The notes under the pieces are model-generated. The model worked only from the letters and a program-made list of their open reading frames with translations, did not search any database and was not told the DNA's origin. Positions 56,612 to 64,000 of a stretch of DNA of 64,000 bases are shown one piece after another. The stretch is from Octopus vulgaris (lineage: Eukaryota): assembly GCA_951406725.2 (NCBI GenBank), contig OX597814.1, forward strand, positions 85,622,001 to 85,686,000. The letters are read 5' to 3'. Made by a program: the position numbers and the translations under genes. The stretch's first letter is position 1, and each line of letters begins with the position of its first letter.

Positions 56612-57461
56612 TTAGGTTGTCAAGAAAGTTCTTGCGGAATTTTAAATTTTGGTTTTAAATGTTGTATTTTCAAATTTTTAAAATTAATTTTCGTTAAATT
56701 ACTTTGACTTTATATATCATTTTTAAAGCCCGTTTTTCGCTCTATCTAATTGTGTTACTCTTCTTCTATTTGAATAGTTAGGCCATTTTTTCCTGAACGT
56801 TGAAAACATGTACAAAAAGCAAATTCGCACAATTTTCTTATTACAGTTCAAGCTAGGCCGAAAAGCTGCTGAAACAGCTCGCGATATCAACGATGCGTTT
56901 GGCCCAGCAACCACTAATGAACGTACAGCACAATGGTGGTTTAAGAAATTTCGTAGAGGTGACGAGAGTCTTGAAGATGATAAGTGTAGTGGTCGGCCAT
57001 CGGATGTTGACAACGATCAACTAAGAGCCTTAGTGGAAGTCAATCCAAGCACAACTGTTCGAGAGCTTGCTTCTGAATTAGACGTAACGTATGCAATTTC
57101 CAACTACTTGAAAGAGATTGGAAAAACAAAAATACTTGAGAAATGGGTACCGCACATATTGAACGACAACCAACAAAAAAAACGCCGTTTTGAAGTGTCG
57201 TCCTCCCTTCTCTTACGTAACAAGAACGACCCATTTCTCGACCGGATTGTGACTTGCGAGGAAAAGTGGATTCTTTACGACAACCAGCGTCGCTCAGCTT
57301 AGTGTTTGGACGCCGACGAAGCTCCACGGCACTTCCCGAACCCAAAGTTGCACAAAAGGAGGTCATGGTGATTGGTGGTCTGCGGCCGGTCTCATCCATC
57401 ACAGCTTTTTGGATCCAGGTGAAACCATTACGGCGGAGAAGTACTGTCAGCAAATGGATGA
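56612..57461 (+). mobile_element. Mariner transposon (Hsmar1/cecropia-like), 3'-truncated
   Basis: TA|TTAGGTTGTCAAGAAAGTTCTTGCGG left TIR; transposase from 56808 KKQIRTIFLLQFKLGRKAAETAR..KWVPH..FLDRIVTCEEKWILYDN; stop at ~57300 and frameshifts. Confidence 0.95.
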
Positions 57462-57548
57462 TCACCATGTCGCGCACATATGGTTGTGATGCATGTGCCT
57501 CAATTTGTACCCCAGTGTCACTTTGATGGCATGCACTGCTTTCTCACT

Positions 57549-57659
57549 GAAGAAGAAGAAGAAGAAGAAGAAGAAGAAGAAGAAGAAGAAGAAGAAGAAG
57601 AAGAAGAAGAAGAAGAAGAAGAAGAAGAAGAAGAAGAAGAAGAAGAAGAAGAAGAAGAA
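57549..57659. repeat. (GAA)n microsatellite
   Basis: Direct tandem repeat. Confidence 0.97.
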
Positions 57660-57872
57660 TCCTTTCTCCTATAGATACAGGGCTTGAAATTTTGGAGGAG
57701 GACGCTAGTCGATTACATCGACCCCAGTGCTCAACTGTTACTTAATTCATCGACCCCGATAGGATAAAAGGCAAAGTCGACCTCGACGGAATTTGAACTC
57801 AGAACGTAAAGACGGACGAAATACCATTGAGCATTTCGCCTGGCGTGGTAACGATTCTGCCAGCTTGTGGCC
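57660..57872 (-). mobile_element. SINE family A copy
   Basis: ATCGACCCCGATAGGATAAAAGGCAAAGTCGACCTCGACGGAATTTGAACTCAGAACG. Confidence 0.9.
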
Positions 57873-57874
57873 TA

Positions 57875-57944
<70 letters not shown>

Positions 57945-57962
57945 GTAGTAGTAGTAGTAGTA

Positions 57963-58035
<73 letters not shown>

Positions 58036-58057
58036 CAACAACAACAATAATAATAAT

Positions 58058-58895
<838 letters not shown>

Positions 58896-58919
58896 GAGAT
58901 ATAAAGGAAATTCGTTTGC

Positions 58920-60352
58920 CTCTCTGGCACGGTCAGAATAATCTTTCAACAGCATACCTCATTCATGGATCTTGAAATCACTGGATATCTTCAAAATGTC
59001 TCCTGTGATTTCAAAGTTCCTGAAGCACAACATGTCAATGTGGAATACGACTCTAATGTACTACTGGATACAAAAATATTAATATCAACTGCGGCATTTT
59101 CCAAGGTGACTCACTTTCACCTTTAATTTTCTGCATAGCCCTAATATCCCCTACAAGTGAACTTAACAGAACAGGGTATGGATATAAAATTGGCGACGAG
59201 AAAATAAGTCATCATTTTATATGGAGTACTTAAAACTCTATGGCAAAGACGAAAATGAGCTTGAAGCACTACTACGTACTGTGAAAACATCCAGTGATGA
59301 CATCGGGATGGAATTGGTCTTGATAAATGTGCCAAGGCGGCAATTTTTCAGAAAGGGAAATTGAAGACCTCACATTCAGTGATGTTGGATGTTGACACAG
59401 TCATAAAAGAACTCGAGCAGGAACAAACTTACAAATACCTCGGAATAAATGAGGGCTCTGGCATTGAGCATGCAAATATAAAAGAGAAGATCAGGAAGGA
59501 GTGTTACAAGAGAGCTCGAGCAGTCAAAAAATCCGAGATAAATGTACGCAACAAGGTGTTAGCTATAAATTCCTTAGCATTTCCAGTTGTTATTTACAGT
59601 TTCAAAGTGTTAAACTGGAATATGAGCGAAATAAGGAAGATTGACAGGAAAATCTGTAAGCTGCTGACTTGCAATAAGATATACCACCCAAAGGCAGACG
59701 CAGATCGTCTTTATCTACCCAGAGCTCAAGGAGGTCGAGGCTTGATCCAATTTGAAATCTCCTACAAAACCATCACAATTGACCACATCATCTTTGACTG
59801 TCCAGGCCTTTCCAAATCTGAATATATATACAGGCACAACCGAATAAGCAGCTATATCCACTGGATAATATGCCAACAGTTCATTAAATCTGACAATAGG
59901 TGATATAATTATGTGCAAAACAAGGTACAAAACAACGACCAGGCCACAATCATCTGGAATATGCCGGTTCGAACCGACAAAGAAATAAAAGCTAATCGCC
60001 CAGATATTATAATAATCAAGGATTGGGGAAAAAGCACCTGCTTACTGATAGACACTGCAGTCCCTTTTGATCAAAATATTGACGAAAAAGAGATGGAGAA
60101 ATTGTCGAAATACAAAGACCTCGAAATTGAATCCAAATAACCAACGCATTGCACACTCAGCACAGAATACAAGCAATAATGCAACAAAAGACTGCACCAC
60201 ACCCCAAGAAAAAGAATATCTAACGCAATACAATATCGGGAAAAGCTTGCTTACTACCAACAACAGAAAAGAACACACAATGTTGCACGTACTCCAGCAA
60301 CATGGAGGTGTAGCAGGTGATGCAGTAGAAATTTGCCTCAAACTACCATAAA
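58920..60352 (+). pseudogene. R4/Dong-like LINE fragment (RT to RLE) with internal deletion near 59780
   Basis: GIFQGDSLSPLIFCIAL; YKYLGINEG; DRLYLPRAQGGRGL; ANRPDIII; KEMEKLSKYKDLEIE. Confidence 0.93.
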
Positions 60353-61330
60353 ATAATAATGGTGTCCGATTTAGGCACAAGGCGAAAATTTCGAGGGAAG
60401 TGAAGTTAGTCGATACCATCGACTCCAGTTCGTGAATGGTACGTTACTTTATCGACCCAGTCAAGAATAATAAGGATGTTGTACTATAAACCAAAGTTTA
60501 TGATTTCGTATGCGGCGTATATCTTGGCTTATTAAGGTTTTTGGCTGCAACAAAATAATGTTAGATATGGCGGTGTTACTGATGTAGTTTTAAGGATAAG
60601 CTGGAGGTAGGGTGGAGAGGGTATAATCGATGTGATGGAGATGGAAAGTAGAGAGGGAGGGAGGGAGGAAGAATGTGGTGTGATGATGAGTTAAGGCGCT
60701 CGGGTGGTGAAGGGGCTTCCAAAAGGAAGATTAATAGAATCTACGAAGATATTGGCAACCAAGAACCAAAATGAAATGAAGAAATCATGGATTGTGATTG
60801 ACTATCAAAGAGAGTAATTAGAATTTGGCGAAGAATATTCTTAAATAGTGGTGGAGTGTTGTAATGGCGTCGGAGAAAATGAGGGATAGTGTGAGGTAGT
60901 GGGATGAGAGAGAGAGAGAGAGAAAGAGAAAGAGAAAGAAAGTGAGAGTATAAGAGAGAGTAAGAGTGGAAAGTATATGATATATATGTTGCTGTGTGTG
61001 TGAGTGTGTATGTATGCGTGCGTGCGTGTGTGTATGCGTGTGGGAGTGCTCGCCCGTGTGTGTGTGTATAGTGGGTGTAATGTTTATATTATCAGTGCTT
61101 AAACAGCAGAGATGTTAGTGCATGCACGTAACAAGAAATATTTACATGCGTACAGTCCTACATACACGCATACACACGTTCGTGTTTGTGCGCATGTGTG
61201 TGTATGTCTGCATATGTATATGTACATTTACCTATGTATGTGTGTATACACATATATATATATACTTATACATATATATATATATATATCATACGTATAT
61301 GTATATATGTACAAATATATGTATGTGTAT

Positions 61331-61372
<42 letters not shown>

Positions 61373-61454
61373 TTGTACATATATACATATGCGTATAACT
61401 ATAAATATATTTGTATATTTAAGTAGATTATTATGAAGTATGTTGATTTGATAA

Positions 61455-61518
<64 letters not shown>

Positions 61519-61563
61519 GCGGACCTATACATATATAGATAGCTACATATATTATACACATAC

Positions 61564-61657
<94 letters not shown>

Positions 61658-61662
61658 TGTAT

Positions 61663-61742
<80 letters not shown>

Positions 61743-62386
61743 ATGGGAAACAGACAGCTAGAAACATAAAACGACAAACAGACCAACCGACTAATCGACC
61801 GGCCGACAGACTGACTGACAGACAGGCAGACAGACAAGCAGTGAGAAAAAGGCCACAGTAGAACTGATAGAATATTGGAAAGGTGGGAAAATCAGATTAG
61901 ATTTCAATAGGAAATGGATGACGAATAGATTGGAACCAAATGAGGACATAACATATATTGGATGTAATCTTCAACAGTGACATGTAGGTAGCGGCATCTC
62001 ATCAAAGGATGTAGACAATATATTTAGATGTGATTACACTTGTACTCATTCACACACACACACACACAAGCGCTCGCTCATATTCTGCACATTTTAACAA
62101 ATACATTATGTGCATTGAGGATGTCAAGACGAGGCGTATGTATGTGTATGCTCCTATGCGTAAACAATTATTCTTCAAATGCATACGTATATATATATAT
62201 ATGTGTGTGCAAAGGATTCGTGTATATAAGTCTGTCTGTCTGTATGAGTGTGTGTGTGTTTGTAATCAAGGATATATTACAATCAATATCGCTTTGTAAT
62301 TATAAACCTACCAATCTACATATTTACATGAACGATACACATAATCATATAAATAATATAATAGATATTATATTTAGTCAAGAACA

Positions 62387-62462
<76 letters not shown>

Positions 62463-62549
62463 TATATGTGTGTATATATGTATGTATATATATATATATA
62501 CACATACATATATATACTTACATATGTATTCATAAATGTATATAAACCT

Positions 62550-62642
<93 letters not shown>

Positions 62643-62774
62643 TGTACACATATGTTTATGCACACAAATAAATTCTTATGAACATAAATATATTTATATG
62701 CACACGACCACACACATGTACATACACTCACATATATATAGATGTGGCTACACATATCCATGTACATAATAATT

Positions 62775-62940
62775 TAGGTTCCTAGTAACCAATTTCTTGG
62801 ATGTGGAATGGCAAGGAAGTTTCCTGAAGAACAAATTAAATCTTTCGTAAAGCGTTTACTGACACCTATATGGAACGTTCTTAAAGAAATTCTGTTCGGA
62901 ATGGTTGAGGTTAATACGTACATTAAATATGTTACCTTTT
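62775..62940 (-). pseudogene. Possible Penelope RT-thumb relic
   Basis: Frameshifted YV..NHS..FKNVP.GVSKR resembles PLE YxxxxSNHPxxIxKNIPxxxxKR. Confidence 0.35.
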
Positions 62941-62977
62941 TTGATATTCTTTTTTCTTTCAATATCTTTGTTTAATA

Positions 62978-63488
62978 GGCGGTGAGCTGGCAGAAACGTT
63001 ACCACGCCGGGCGAAATGCGTAGCCGTATTTCGTCTGCCGTTACGTTCTGAGTTCAAATTCCGCCGAGGTCGACTTTGCCTTTCATCCTTTCGGGGTCGA
63101 TTAAATAAGTACCAGTTACGCACTGGGGTCGATATAATCGACTTAATCCGTGTATCTGTCCTTCTTTGTCCCCTCTGTGTGTAGCCCCTTGTGGGCAGTA
63201 AAGAAATAGGAATAATCGACTTAATCATTTTTTTGTTCTTGTTTGTCTCCTCTGTATTTAGCCCCTTGTGGGCAATAAAGAAATAAGAAACGTTATTACG
63301 CTGAGCGAAATGCTTAGCAGTATTTCGGCTGTCTTTATCTTCTGAGTTCAAATTCCCCCGAAGTCGACTTTGCCTTTCATCCTTCCGGGGTCGATAAATT
63401 AAGTACCAGTTGCGTACAGGAGTCGATCTAATCTATTGGCACCCCCTCCTCAAAAATTTCGGGCCTTGTGCCTAGAGTACAAAAGAAT
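62978..63488 (+). mobile_element. Nested SINE family A copies with duplicated 3' tail
   Basis: GGCGGTGAGCTGGCAGAAACGTT..GCCTTTCATCCTTTCGGGGTCGAT..GCCCCTTGTGGGCA.TAAAGAAATA twice, then remainder of a second copy. Confidence 0.92.
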
Positions 63489-63612
63489 ATTTTTGTTTAA
63501 TCAAAATATAGGATTTAGTCTGTAAGGTATTAATGTTTTTATAGTTTGAACACGCTAAGGTACTCTGTAGTAATTTATTTAAAAGATCTGGTATTATAAA
63601 CTGTCTTTTAGC

Positions 63613-63861
63613 CTTTATCTTTTACATGTTTCAGTCATTAGACTGCGGCCATGCTAGGGCACCGCCTTCATAAATTTTAATCGAACTTACCGACGCCATT
63701 ATTTAATATTATTATTATTAATGTTTTTTTGTAAAGCCTTGTACTTATTCTATCGTTCTCTTTTTTGCTGAGCCGCTAAGTTACGGGGACGTAAATACAT
63801 CAACGGCGGTTGTGAAGGGGTGATAGGGGACAAACACATACACAAAGACACACACATACAC

Positions 63862-63943
<82 letters not shown>

Positions 63944-64000
63944 GTACATGCGACAGGCTTCTTTCAGCTTCTGTCTACCAAATCCACTCGCAAGACTTTG
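63613..64000 (-). mobile_element. SINE family B with internal (CA)n, runs off window
   Basis: TTTCAGTCATTAGACTGCGGCCATGC..CTAAGTTACGGGGACGTAAA..CTACCAAATCCACTC. Confidence 0.9.

Overview
AT-rich, microsatellite-saturated eukaryotic DNA with no intact host gene. The tRNA-derived SINE families and repeat landscape point to an octopus/coleoid cephalopod genome (inference), probably intergenic or inside a very large intron. Most ORFs in the track are microsatellite artefacts. Real content: three SINE families, several R4/Dong-like RLE LINE fragments sitting in (AAT)n tracts, CR1, Penelope, Helitron, Gypsy, hAT and Hsmar1-like mariner relics. Two systems stand out. (1) A dispersed set of hammerhead-ribozyme-like motifs in short palindromic or Penelope-derived non-coding elements (best at 36941-37041, 7897-8138, 54927-55081, 33419-33459), several with a variant CCGANGA core and a palindromic stem III. 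(2) A 2.1-kb full-length ORF1-only (zinc-knuckle, no RT) retroposon at 30344-32456 with an Inr/DPE-like 5' end, an A-rich tail and an 11-bp TSD, inserted into the tRNA head of a SINE. A candidate host micro-exon with two in-frame donors lies at 8405-8460. All calls were made by eye; boundaries of degraded relics are approximate.
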